Source: Saprolegnia diclina VS20
Lineage: Eukaryota
DNA length: 43,990 nucleotides
Direction: 5' to 3'
Assembly: GCF_000281045.1 (NCBI RefSeq)
Contig: NW_008246170.1
Span: 21,926 to 65,915, forward strand
The stretch's first letter is position 1, and every line of letters begins with the position of its first letter. The notes under the pieces were generated by a model, which was not told the DNA's origin, ran no database searches, and worked only from the letters and a program-made list of their open reading frames with translations. Positions 1 through 11,006 of this stretch are shown piece after piece. The translations under genes and the position numbers were made by a program.

Positions 1-1637
1 GGATCGCGTGGTAGATTTTGTGTGGAATGTGGCGCTGCCAGAGCTTGATGGCGAGGACGACCGGCGTATCGTTGCTCTACGCAAACTAAGAAGTGATTTT
101 TTGCCAGAGAAGCTGTACCGTGTTGCGTGCGGTGAGGTCCACGCCAGGTGCACGAAGCAACTTGTCGAGAAGCTGGCCTTCGAGGATCTCTGCCTTTTGG
201 AGCTCGTACGGGACGAGTCTTGTGGCATTGGAGAGTTGGGCCTCAACGCCACGCAGAGCCAGGTGCAGCAATCGACCACCGGTCTACACGCATCCAATTG
301 GTATAGTTAAGAAAGCATGAAAAGGCCGAGTAAGTATAATACCTGGTCTGTAAGGTTGGGACTGGCACCGGCGTCCAAAAGCGCTTGTACATTGGCCAGA
401 TCAGCATCAGTCACGGCTAGTACGAGTCTCTCTGCGTCATTTAGCACTGTAGCAACCGTCACATGCTTGTTCTCGATCGCGATGGCCTGCGCCGTCAAGT
501 TCTAGAGGTCTATGAGTAGCGGTCGCAGAGGGTGAAGGGAAGAGACCTGGTGCCGATCATCGAGGCTAGCGCCAGCATCGAGCAAGAGTCGCACGATCGA
601 CTCGTGGCCGCCGCGCACTGCGGCCGTCAGCGCCGTTTGACCACTCTACGCATGAGGTATGTGAGCAAAGGATTCAGCTGATCGAGTAGATGGTACGCTG
701 TCCGACGCGTGGATATTTGCGTTGGCACGGAGCAGGACGCGGCAAACCTCTTCGTGTCCAATCAGAGCCGCCGCAAAGAGCGAGGTCGACCCGCCCTAGG
801 CCAAGCTAAGTGACGCATAGAGCAAAGAACACTGTGGTACCAAGAGCTGGACATCGCCGTCCACAAAGCTTGCGTTTACGGACTTGTCGACGTCGGCCCC
901 AGCGTCCAGGAGGATTTGCACCGTTGTGGGATGACCACGACGTGACGCAGCACACAGTGGACTGTCGTCATCCTACGCACGGTACGAGTTTGTACCTTGT
1001 AGTAGTGATACACAAGTACGTTCATGGCTTGATTCACGGCGGCGTTGGCTTCGAGGAGCATCTTGACAATGACGTCGTGCCCATTATATGCAGCAATGAA
1101 CAGCGGTGTTCCTCCATCCTGCATCATCAACGACATTTGAGGCCACATGTTTGAAAGCGCAAGATGCGAGAGGAGAGAACGTACGCTCATGGCTTGGTTC
1201 ACAGCGGCGTTGGCGCCGAGGAGCGTCTTGACGACAGCGTCGTGGCCTTGTTGAGCAGCAATGTACAACGGCGTCACTGCATCCTGCATCATCGTCGACA
1301 TTTGAGCCAAAATGGAAGAGCGCAACCGGCAAAAGGAGAGAACGTACGTTTATAGCTTGATCCACAGCTGCGTTGGCGCCGACGAGCATCTTGACGACGG
1401 CGTCGTGGCCTTGTTGAGCAGCAGCAAACAGCGGCGTCGCTCCGTCCTACGCAATAGGTCATGTCTTGTTGCCATCGAGCGTGCACCTTGTGGGCCCAGT
1501 GGACGTCGGCGCCTTCCTTGAGCAGGCGCTGGACGTCGTCGATGCGCCCGTCGTACGCAGCATTAAACAGCTGAGCGTCCTAGAGAGAAAACGCATTGCA
1601 ACCACAACGGGCAGCGTTGACGTCGTACCAATGCCAT
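1..1637 (-). CDS. Ankyrin-repeat protein, probably ankyrin-TKL kinase (3' part runs off the left edge); multi-exon
   Basis: ATG GCA TTG micro-exon at 1637-1629, then phase-0 exons each encoding an ankyrin repeat (DGATPLFAAAQQGHDAVVKMLVGANAAVDQAIN etc.). The last visible exon SNDTPVVLAIKLWQRHIPHKIYHAI matches the exon immediately before the kinase in the paralog at 7065-9805 (DGETPLVLAIKLRHRRFPHQIYNVV). Confidence 0.85.
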
Positions 1638-1659
1638 CGCGATCGTCGGTCGAAAGAGC

Positions 1660-1677
1660 AAGTTGTTGAAATGAGTC
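1660..1677 (-). promoter_or_regulatory. Oomycete Inr-like core promoter element
   Basis: Minus strand reads ACTCATTTCAACAACTT about 25-40 bp upstream of the ATG at 1637. It resembles the oomycete Inr/FPR consensus (TCAYTY...). Confidence 0.4.
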
Positions 1678-2009
1678 TTTCGAATTTTACGGATTAAGGG
1701 TCCTATTTCTAGGGTTGTCCGGCTTCCAACCTAATTTCCGGTAGGCACGAATTTCCGGCATATGCCGTTTTCATCTTGCTTCTTCCTTGTGTTCCTTGTG
1801 GCACTTGCCGAGCGTGGCCTTATTATGGGTCGAAAGAGCAAGTCGGTCGCTTTGAGTTGAAGTGCCAAGGGTCAATAATCAGATTATTGACCTTTGACCC
1901 GTGCATACAAAAAACAAGCTTGACGCCTCCCCACCAATACACTGTAGATACCGATACACTGTAGCTGCATTCTTTTGTACACTGTATAATACGGGATTGT
2001 CAAGGCATA

Positions 2010-2249
2010 CAGACATCCTCTGCGTTAATTGACAACCTCGTTAATCGACAAAAATAAGCCCGTGTTCAGTATACCAATACAAAATGGTTGTTGTGTTACA
2101 AGCAGAACTTAGATATACCAAATAGGATTACCAACGCCACATGTCGTTCCAGGGCCTATCGTCCGGCTGGCATTGCTCTAAAATGCATAACACATGGGTC
2201 AAATCCCACGCTTTTCAGATATTTTGTCAATTAACGCAGAATATGTCTG
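2010..2249. mobile_element. Tc1/mariner-pogo-type MITE (240 bp)
   Basis: Left end CAGACATCCTCTGCGTTAATTGACAA and reverse complement of right end CAGACATATTCTGCGTTAATTGACAA (26 bp, 2 mismatches). Flanked by TA at 2008-2009 and 2250-2251. No coding capacity. Confidence 0.85.
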
Positions 2250-2492
2250 TATCACTCATCCTAGCAAGAGCCGACAACAAGAGCTGACAACATAATACTG
2301 AGCTCTCAACGCTGTACTCAACGCGCTCCGCAGCAAAGTCCACTGCACGTTGGGCTGCGTCATGGCCCGAGGTGCCTTTGCCTACGCGGCGCAAAAGCCG
2401 TTCCAACAGCATACGCGTCTCAAGGAGACTGTGCGTCACGGGCTTGACTTCGGTCGTGCTCGCCAACAGCGCTCTACCGGTATTTCTCGACC

Positions 2493-3128
2493 ATGACGGG
2501 CTGGGCGCTCACAAAAGACGTTCGGTTCTGGTACCTCTTCTTCGCTGTGCTCATTGGCGTCGGGTCCGGGCTCTTTGTCATGGCCAATCTCGCGTTCCTT
2601 CTCGAGTCGGCGGGCGGCGCGCCGGACGCTGTCTCACCCTACGTCTCGCTCTTCTCGCTGTGCAACCTCGCTGGTCGGCTCGTTGTCGGGCACCTCTCCG
2701 ACATCTATCTTGCCTCCTGGACCCGCGCCTCGTTCTTTGGGTTGGGTCTGGCCATGACCATGTTTGGCCAAGTTCTCTTTCTACTGACGCCGCTCGAAGG
2801 GTTTGTTGTGCCCGTGGCCGTCAGTGGCATTGCTGAAGGCTTCCTCTTCCCCACCTACACGGTGTTGACGCGGGAGCTGTTTGGCGCCAAGTACTTTGGT
2901 GAGAATTTTGGCGCCACCACGCTCGCCAATGCGATTGGCTTTCCGCTGCTTCTTGGTCCGCTCTCGTCGCGTCTGTACCGCCTAGCGTCGGTGGTCGACC
3001 CGGTCTCGGGCGCCGAAGTCTGCGTCGGTCGGCAGTGCTTTTTCTGGACGTTTGCAGTCGCCTTTGGGCTCAACGGCCTCGGTCTCTACTGCGCGTACAA
3101 GCTGCACCAAGCAACGCGCAAGTCCTAA
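2493..3128 (+). CDS. MFS transporter, nodulin-like/OFA type; C-terminal 6-TM half only (possibly truncated or a pseudogene)
   Basis: About six hydrophobic helices with motifs FWYLFFAVLIGVGSG, NLAGRLVVGHLSD and ELFGAKYFGENFG. An in-frame TGA lies at 2445-2447 just upstream, and no intact N-terminal half was found. Confidence 0.75.
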   Translation: MTGWALTKDVRFWYLFFAVLIGVGSGLFVMANLAFLLESAGGAPDAVSPYVSLFSLCNLAGRLVVGHLSDIYLASWTRASFFGLGLAMTMFGQVLFLLTPLEGFVVPVAVSGIAEGFLFPTYTVLTRELFGAKYFGENFGATTLANAIGFPLLLGPLSSRLYRLASVVDPVSGAEVCVGRQCFFWTFAVAFGLNGLGLYCAYKLHQATRKS

Positions 3129-4103
3129 GCTCAAGTTGAGTGTTTNNNNNNNNNNNNNNNNNNNNNNNNNNNNNNNNNNNNNNNNNNNNNNNNNNNNNNN
3201 NNNNNNNNNNNNNNNNNNNNNNNNNNNNNNNNNNNNNNNNNNNNNNNNNNNNNNNNNNNNNNNNNNNNNNNNNNNNNNNNNNNNNNNNNNNNNNNNNNNN
3301 NNNNNNNNNNNNNNNNNNNNNNNNNNNNNNNNNNNNNNNNNNNNNNNNNNNNNNNNNNNNNNNNNNNNNNNNNNNNNNNNNNNNNNNNNNNNNNNNNNNN
3401 NNNNNNNNNNNNNNNNNNNNNNNNNNNNNNNNNNNNNNNNNNNNNNNNNNNNNNNNNNNNNNNNNNNNNNNNNNNNNNNNNNNNNNNNNNNNNNNNNNNN
3501 NNNNNNNNNNNNNNNNNNNNNNNNNNNNNNNNNNNNNNNNNNNNNNNNNNNNNNNNNNNNNNNNNNNNNNNNNNNNNNNNNNNNNNNNNNNNNNNNNNNN
3601 NNNNNNNNNNNNNNNNNNNNNNNNNNNNNNNNNNNNNNNNNNNNNNNNNNNNNNNNNNNNNNNNNNNNNNNNNNNNNNNNNNNNNNNNNNNNNNNNNNNN
3701 NNNNNNNNNNNNNNNNNNNNNNNNNNNNNNNNNNNNNNNNNNNNNNNNNNNNNNNNNNNNNNNNNNNNNNNNNNNNNNNNNNNNNNNNNNNNNNNNNNNN
3801 NNNNNNNNNNNNNNNNNNNNNNNNNNNNNNNNNNNNNNNNNNNNNNNNNNNNNNNNNNNNNNNNNNNNNNNNNNNNNNNNNNNNNNNNNNNNNNNNNNNN
3901 NNNNNNNNNNNNNNNNNNNNNNNNNNNNNNNNNNNNNNNNNNNNNNNNNNNNNNNNNNNNNNNNNNNNNNNNNNNNNNNNNNNNNNNNNNNNNNNNNNNN
4001 NNNNNNNNNNNNNNNNNNNNNNNNNNNNNNNNNNNNNNNNNNNNNNNNNNNNNNNNNNNNNNNNNTTTAGTCTGTATAAAGATTTTAATCATCTCGTATC
4101 ATA

Positions 4104-5665
4104 TCAACGTGCTGTGGTGACAGCAACATTGCCCGCGACCACGGCTTGCACAAGGTCTGTTTCCTCGGCACATGCTTGGGATGGTAACGTTAATGGCATC
4201 TAAGATAAGAGCATTGGAAACCTCGGAAAAGCTATACATGGTGCGTACACTTGGGTGTTGCTGGCGTGCTCTTGGAGGAGGCGCACGATAGCCGCGTGCC
4301 CACGCTGCGTGGCCATCGCAAGGGCCGTGTTGCCGTCCTAATTAGCAAGATAAAGCTTGGTACTAGAAACAACGCAAACTCGTACAGCATCGGTGGCTTG
4401 GAGGTTGGGATGATGACGCAGCAAGACCCGAACCACATCAATGTGCCCAAACTGGGTGGCCAGTAGAAGCGGCGTTGAACCCGCCTAGCACGAAATTAAG
4501 AATATTCTTGCAGATATAGTAGCCAGTACCAAGATTTTTTGGCCTTTAGCGTTGAAGCCGACTTGAAGACTCAGGTTAATGTCCGCGCCAGCGTCGAGAA
4601 GACATTGCACAATATCGAGATGGCCGTGTCGGGCCGCCGACAAAAGTGGGGTATCTCCATCCTACCGTTTAACCCATTAATACAAAAGTTGAAACTTCCG
4701 TCAGTGCAGAGTACGTCGAAAGCTAGATCTACAGTGGCGTTGGCGCCGAGAAGCGCCTTGACGACAGCGTCATGACCGTACTGAGCAGCAACGAACAGCG
4801 GCGTGGCTGCATCCTACATCATCAACGACACTTGAGCCCGACCTGGAGAAAGCATGACGAACTTACGTCGAAAGCTTGATCCACATCTGCGTTGGCCCAG
4901 AGGAGCGTCTTGACGATGTCATTATGGCCTTTCTCTGCGGCAGCGTACAGCGGCGTCGCTCCAGTCTACATCATCAGCGATATTTGAGCCACAACTGGAG
5001 AGCACCCGGCAAAAGAAGAGAACGTACGTCCAAAGCTAGATTCACCGTAGCGTTGGCGCCGAGGAGCGTCTTGACGACATCGTCATGACCATACTGAGCA
5101 GCAACAAACAACGGTGTCGCTCCAGTCTACATCATCAACGACATTTGAGCCAAATTTCAAGAGCGCAACGCGCCAATGGGGAGACCGTACGTCTCTAGCT
5201 TGGTCCACAGTAGCGTCGGCGCTCAGGAGCGCCTTGACGACGGCATCATGACCGTACTGAGCAGCAACAAACAGCGGCGTCGCTCCAGTCTGCATCATCA
5301 GCGATATTTGAGCCACAACTGGAGAGAGCAACGGGCAAGAGAAGATACCGTACTTGCAAAGCTAGATTCACTGTAGCGTTGGCGCCAAGAAGCGTCAAGA
5401 CGACAGCGCCGTGTCCGTTCTGCGCAGCAACAAACAGCGGCGTCGCTCCATCCTACGCAAAACGACTTATCGATTTGCCATTGAGCGTGGCTGACGCACC
5501 TCGTTGGTAAAGTTGACGTCGGCGCCTTCCTTGAGCAGGCGCTGGACGTCGTTGATGTCACCGTAGAACGCAGCACTAAATAGCTCAGCGCCCTACACCA
5601 CTCATTGTACACAGCAACGAGCGCCGATGCCGTACCAATGGTCGTGATCTAACGAGGGACGCCAT
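4104..5665 (-). CDS. Ankyrin-only protein (truncated derivative of the ankyrin-TKL kinase family); multi-exon
   Basis: Start MASLVRSRPL|GAELFSAAFYG..., five tandem 99-nt ankyrin exons, then exons closely similar to 8700-9280. The frame ends QAVVAGNVAVTTAR* at 4104-4106, where the paralog continues TTALLDQGVD. Confidence 0.8.
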
Positions 5666-5882
5666 GGTTCGATCGCTCAAATCCGTCAATGCGACCGACT
5701 TGACATTGGCATGTCATTCCTCGAGCATACAAACTACAAGCTAAACAACCCCATCTGGTGTTTGTGTTTAATACTGTTTAATACTGTTTTATACAGGCGA
5801 GCACATCTGGATACCAGTTCTGACAGCACCGCTTGTCCAACGACCTGCCAGGGTCGCTGGAAGCAACGACATGTCATTATCA

Positions 5883-6672
5883 GAGCATCTCCAACGCGCC
5901 ACCGCTATAGCTATAGCTAAACGCGTTATAACCGACCTTTCTCATATTTTAGCGGTGTGCTAAACGATGTGCTCCAATGGGAGTTGAATCTATAGCTATC
6001 GCTATCGCTACGGATTGGCTGACAGCGCCCACCAGGCCGCTTAGAGCGGGAGTGAAAAACGCAGCGCACGGAAGAGAACGCTCGGCGCATGATCGAGAGA
6101 AGCGAAGGCCGCTCGGAGGAGCGTGGCTGAAAGAGTGAGGACTGGAAGAGCAGGCAGGAGAAGCGCGGGCGCCGGAAGGGGCAAAGAGTGCTGGCGCTGC
6201 CGATGGACGACGACATCCACCTACGTATACATGTATGCGCAGCGCTAGGCCTAGAGTGTTGGCAAGCAACATCCAAGCTACGCGCGACCACGGCGGATTG
6301 AGGCTTAGATGTTGAGTATCGACGACCGACGAAGGGCTCACATGGGCCAGCGCCCGTGCAAGTCGCCTGTTCTCGTCCTCGGACCGCCTCTGCCCGTGCG
6401 CGCGCCCATGACCCATGCTTCATCCTCGCGGGAAACTGCCACGGGACGTTTCGATTGGCTGTTACCTTTTCTGCCTCGTCTACGCTCTATAGCGGCAGCA
6501 TAACTTCACCGCTATAGAGGCCTCCTATAGCGGCAGAGCTCGATTTTTTAGCGATAGCCATAACTATAGCGGTGCGTTGGACCACATTTTCACCGCTATA
6601 ACACCATGCGACATGCAATAACAAGCGTGACAGTTATAGATTAGCTATAGCGGCGCCGCGTTGGAGATGCTC
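5883..6672. mobile_element. PIF/Harbinger (Tourist-like) non-autonomous element, 790 bp
   Basis: TIRs GAGCATCTCCAACGCGCCACCGCTATAGCTA and GAGCATCTCCAACGCGGCGCCGCTATAGCTA (31 bp, 2 mismatches). 3-bp TSD TCA at 5880-5882 and 6673-6675. Repeated subterminal CCGCTATAG/CTATAGCGG motifs. Confidence 0.9.
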
Positions 6673-7064
6673 TCAAGCAGCAAGCTGCTCCACCATTCAA
6701 CATTGACGATCATGGTTAAAGTTATAATTAAAAGCTTGCTAGGTTGGCAACATAACAAAAGTAATTCAGTTTTACATTTGCCACCACCACCAAGAACGGC
6801 CTGCGTGGCATTTTCAACGTTCAAAATGCCACACGTCGCTACTTGACGCGGAGAAGACGTCGGATCGAGATTGTTTCGGTGTACTGCTGCGCGGGATCAC
6901 ACGATCCTGGTCTCTATTGTCGACACCAATGAAAACTGCCCTACTTGGTACGATGAGCGATGCCAATAAGCCTTCGGGTCCCATGGCACCAAGTATGTAT
7001 GGTGCATTAGGATCAGCTGGCCGGACGTAAAATGAAATGACAAAGACGCTATGGACACTGAAGC

Positions 7065-9805
7065 TCACGCCGCGTTGGTCGCAAGATCAAAGCGACGGGA
7101 GAGGATACGCAGCTTCTCAGCGTCGTCCAAAAGCTCCTCGCCGCACTCGGGATCGATACACGTCGGCNNNNNNNNNNNNNNNNNNNNNNNNNNNNNNNNN
7201 NNNNNNNNNNNNNNNNNNNNNNNNNNNNNNNNNNNNNNNNNNNNNNNNNNNNNNNNNNNNNNNNNNNNNNNNNNNNNNNNNNNNNNNNNNNNNNNNNNNN
7301 NNNNNNNNNNNNNNNNNNNNNNNNNNNNNNNNNNNNNNNNNNNNNNNNNNNNNNNNNNNNNNNNNNNNNNNNNNNNNNNNNNNNNNNNNNNNNNNNNNNN
7401 NNNNNNNNNNNNNNNNNNNNNNNNNNNNNNNNNNNNNNNNNNNNNNNNNNNNNNNNNNNNNNNNNNNNNNNNNNNNNNNNNNNNNNNNNNNNNNNNNNNN
7501 NNNNNNNNNNNNNNNNNNNNNNNNNNNNNNNNNNNNNNNNNNNNNNNNNNNNNNNNNNNNNNNNNNNNNNNNNNNNNNNNNNNNNNNNNNNNNNNNNNNN
7601 NNNNNNNNNNNNNNNNNNNNNNNNNNNNNNNNNNNNNNNNNNNNNNNNNNNNNNNNNNNNNNNNNNNNNNNNNNNNNNNNNNNNNNNNNNNNNNNNNNNN
7701 NNNNNNNNNNNNNNNNNNNNNNNNNNNNNNNNNNNNNNNNNNNNNNNNNNNNNNNNNNNNNNNNNNNNNNNNNNNNNNNNNNNNNNNNNNNNNNNNNNNN
7801 NNNNNNNNNNNNNNNNNNNNNNNNNNNNNNNNNNNNNNNNNNNNNNNNNNNNNNNNNNNNNNNNNNNNNNNNNNNNNNNNNNNNNNNNNNNNNNNNNNNN
7901 NNNNNNNNNNNNNNNNNNNNNNNNNNNNNNNNNNNNNNNNNNNNNNNNNNNNNNNNNNNNNNNNNNNNNNNNNNNNNNNNNNNNNNNNNNNNNNNNNNNN
8001 NNNNNNNNNNNNNNNNNNNNNNNNNNNNNNNNNNNNNNNNNNNNNNNNNNNNNNNNNNNNNACTCGAGCACGAGCTTGGGGTTGTCACTGTCCTGGCCCG
8101 AGACCGCCTTGAGCTCCAGCAAGTACGGCGAGTTGCACCTAGAATTCAAAATTGAGTTTTGAGATTGAGAACGAAGGAGAAGTATCAGACGTTTGCATGA
8201 CATTGATTTCGGCGTAAAGGTCATTGGCGCCGGCCGCGTATTTAGCCGACTTGACTGCGACAAGCTCGTTCTTGTACATGCCTTTGTGCACGTAGCCAAA
8301 GCCGCCGTCGCCGAGGAGAGCGTTTGCATTGATCTGAATCGCAGTCTCGGGCACCTACGTCGTGTCAGTGGACGGCGCCGTCATCAACTCGTACATCGTC
8401 GGCGATTTGGTGAACGACGTTGTAAATTTGGTGTGGGAACCGGCGGTGGCGCAGCTTGATCGCTAACACCAGTGGCGTCTCGCCATCCTACGCATGCGTG
8501 AGGAAGCATATTAGTACACAAGGCGAATTGCCGTACGTTATTGCAGTCGACCGATGACACGTCGGGGCGGCGCAAGAGCATCTGGAGCAGCTGCGTGTGG
8601 CCATGGCGCACTGCAAGGTGAAGTAGACCATCGACATGCTACGAGCTTGGGTTTGAGTTGGACGTCAAAACTCAATCTCAAAACCTCATTCGTGACGCGA
8701 GAATCAACGCCTTGATCCAACAGTGCTGTGGTGACAGCAACATTGCCTGCAACCACGGCTTGCATGAGCTCCGTCTCCTTCGCCTTGGAAGTTGCTGGGA
8801 CTGGTGGCGTTGGTGGAGCCTATGGAAAGAACAGTATTGAGCCGCAGAAAAGCTATAGATGGTGCGTACACTTGGGGTGTTGCTGGCGTGCTCTTGCAGG
8901 AGGCGCACGATAGTCGTGTGCCCACGCTGCGTGGCCATCGCAAGGGCCGTGTTGCCGTCCTAATTAGCAAGATAAAGCTGAGAGGTGGGAGAACTTCATT
9001 TCGTACAGCATCGGTGGCTGGGAGGTTGGGATGATGACGCAGCAAAGCCCGAGTCACATCAATGTGGCCAAACTGGACGGCCAGTAGAAGCGGCGTTGCA
9101 CCCGCCTGGCACGAAGTAAAGAATATCGTTGCAGAGATACGAGCTAGTACCAAGATGTTTTGGCCTTCATAACTGTCATTGACTTGAAGACTCCGATTCA
9201 CGTCCGCGCCGGCATCGAGAAGACGTTTAGTTGCTTCGAGATGGCCGCATAACGTCGCAATCATGAGTGGCGTCGCTCCATCCTACCTCATCGAATGGTT
9301 GATATAGAGGACGTAACATCCGCAGAGAACGTACGCTGTCCGCTTGATCCACAGCTGCGTTGGCATCGAGGAGCGTCTTGACGACGGCGTCGTGCCCGTT
9401 GCCCGCAGCAATATAGAGCGGCGTCCATCCATTCTACGTCATCGGCAACGGTTCAGGTCACAATCGCGAGGACTCAACAGCTAAAATACGAGAACATACG
9501 CTGACAGCTTCATTCACAGCTGCGTTGGCACCGAGGAGCGTCTTGACGACGGCGTCGTGCCCGTTGTATGCAGCAATAAAGAGCGCCGTCACCCCGTTCT
9601 ACGCCATCGGACCAGTAATTTTGCCATCGAGCGTGGCCAGCGCACCTCGTTGGCCCAGTGGACATCAGCGCCTTCCTTGAGCAGGCGCTGGACGTCGTTG
9701 GTGCGACCATCGCACGCAGCATTGTACAGCTGAGAACCCTAGACAAGAAGCCGCGTGGCACACAACAGCGCGGGTCTCATGACGTCGTACTAGGCTCGCT
9801 GGCAT
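7065..9805 (-). CDS. Ankyrin-repeat TKL protein kinase with C-terminal double zinc ribbon (middle in gap)
   Basis: Start MPASL|GSQLYNAACDG, ankyrin exons, kinase N-lobe LLGDGGFGYVHKG..VAVK (about 8180-8355) and CNSPYLLEL..KLVLE. After the gap, PTCIDPECGEELLDDAEKLRILSRRFDLATNAA* (7065-7166) matches the C-terminus of the gene at 28542-32125. Confidence 0.85.
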
Positions 9806-10380
9806 GACCAACAAGGCAACTTTGAGTTGGCTTGAATTTGCACCATTACAATGCGCATACATTCCGCCAGCATACCTTAATCAAAATGAAACGCCTCTGT
9901 TTTATACAGTTTTAAACGGCGAGTGGATGGATTTGAACCCGTGTCACCCGACGACGCAGCTGCCGACGCTCACAGCATCCGCAACAAGTCTTGCCATGCA
10001 CTCGAGTGTCAACGAGCCATCTCATTCCAGCGTGTCATTCTGCTGTACTCGGACGCACAGCTGGACGCGGCGCCTCTCGGGGCCCCATTGCAGAAGGTTT
10101 TAAACCTACGGTTTAAAACACATCGCCAAGCTGGAACAGACCGCCCACGGCCTCGCTGTGTCGAGCACACTTTGGCAGCAGCGCTCGCAGCAGTCAACGT
10201 TAGGGAAGAGCTATCGCGGGGTTCTATGTCACTGATGCACAATGCGAGGTACTCACAGCCATAGACAGACTCCCTTCGCTGTGTCGCGTTGAACCTGTTG
10301 GTTATCGATGCATGCGCGATGTGTTGTAAACATGTATAAAACACCGTTCCACATGCCATTCTCGCTCAAAGAGAGCGAGC

Positions 10381-10689
10381 ATGACTGCGCGACGGCCTCC
10401 TCGTGCGAGGAGGCCGTCGCATTGCTGCGAGCATGCAAGTGCTTGACCTTGGGCGCTCAGCTGTACAGAGCTGCGTTCGTTGGCAGCAATGATGACGTTC
10501 AGCGCCTGCTGACCGAAGGCGCCGACGTGCACTGGACCAACAAGGTACGCCTCGCGCGCCAGCGCATGTCGTGATGGCTCTTGCATGTAGCAAGGCGCGA
10601 CGCCGTTGTTTGCGGCAGCCCAAGAGGGCTACCTCGCTATCGTTGCGATTCTGCTTGCTGCCAACGCAGCTGTCAACCAGACCAAGCAC
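10381..10689 (+). pseudogene. Ankyrin-family gene fragment, divergent from the 7065-9805 gene and interrupted after two repeats
   Basis: GAQLYRAAFVGSNDDVQRLLTEGADVHWTNK|QGATPLFAAAQEGYLAIVAILLAANAAVNQTKH. The first acceptor reads TTG where paralogs have TAG, and the next intron runs into unrelated sequence at about 10730. Confidence 0.6.
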
Positions 10690-10739
10690 GTACGCTCGTT
10701 TTTGTACTTGGCTACCGGCACAGTACAGCGGTGGAAGGA

Positions 10740-11006
10740 ATACAAGGAGGTTAATTTGACCTCTAATCCAGCGATCTGATTGGCTGAACGGGCCGGCCGA
10801 GCTGCATCATCGAGACTTTATAAAATTTATTGTGAAAGGTATAAAGATGCGTGGGGAAGCGATATGGGTGTCGCCATGTGACGTGTCACGGCCATTCCGC
10901 GATTGGGTATCGTCTTGCAGACGATCCAGCCGAGCATGAGGCCAAAAAAGCGTCGCCAGCGGTGCAAAGTCACAGAAAAGGTGGAGGCCATTAAGATGAT
11001 GCAGAC
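10740..11006 (+). mobile_element. Possible 5' end of a pogo/Tc1-type DNA transposon (rest in gap)
   Basis: Abrupt switch from ankyrin intron to AT-richer, promoter-like sequence. ORF start MRPKKRRQRCKVTEKVEAIKMMQ resembles the basic Psq/CENP-B-like HTH start of pogo transposases. No second TIR is visible. Confidence 0.35.

Noticed and set aside
870..876. Possible GC-AG donor after a 33-codon ankyrin exon
   Set aside because: Paralogs show the exon extends 11 codons to a canonical GT donor.
1648..1843. 16-bp direct repeat GGTCGAAAGAGCAAGT at 1648 and 1828
   Set aside because: The repeat is real, but no element structure (TIR, poly-A, ORF) lies between the copies, and calling it a TSD would place the Inr-like motif inside the insert.
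4715..5452. Regular ~160-bp repeats resembling a CRISPR array or satellite
   Set aside because: The units are ankyrin exon-plus-intron cassettes. There is no short invariant repeat with unique spacers, no cas genes, and the context is eukaryotic.
10097..10119. Perfect 10-bp hairpin GTTTTAAACC-TAC-GGTTTAAAAC
   Set aside because: An isolated AT-rich palindrome in a divergent promoter, with no Helitron CTRR end or other support.
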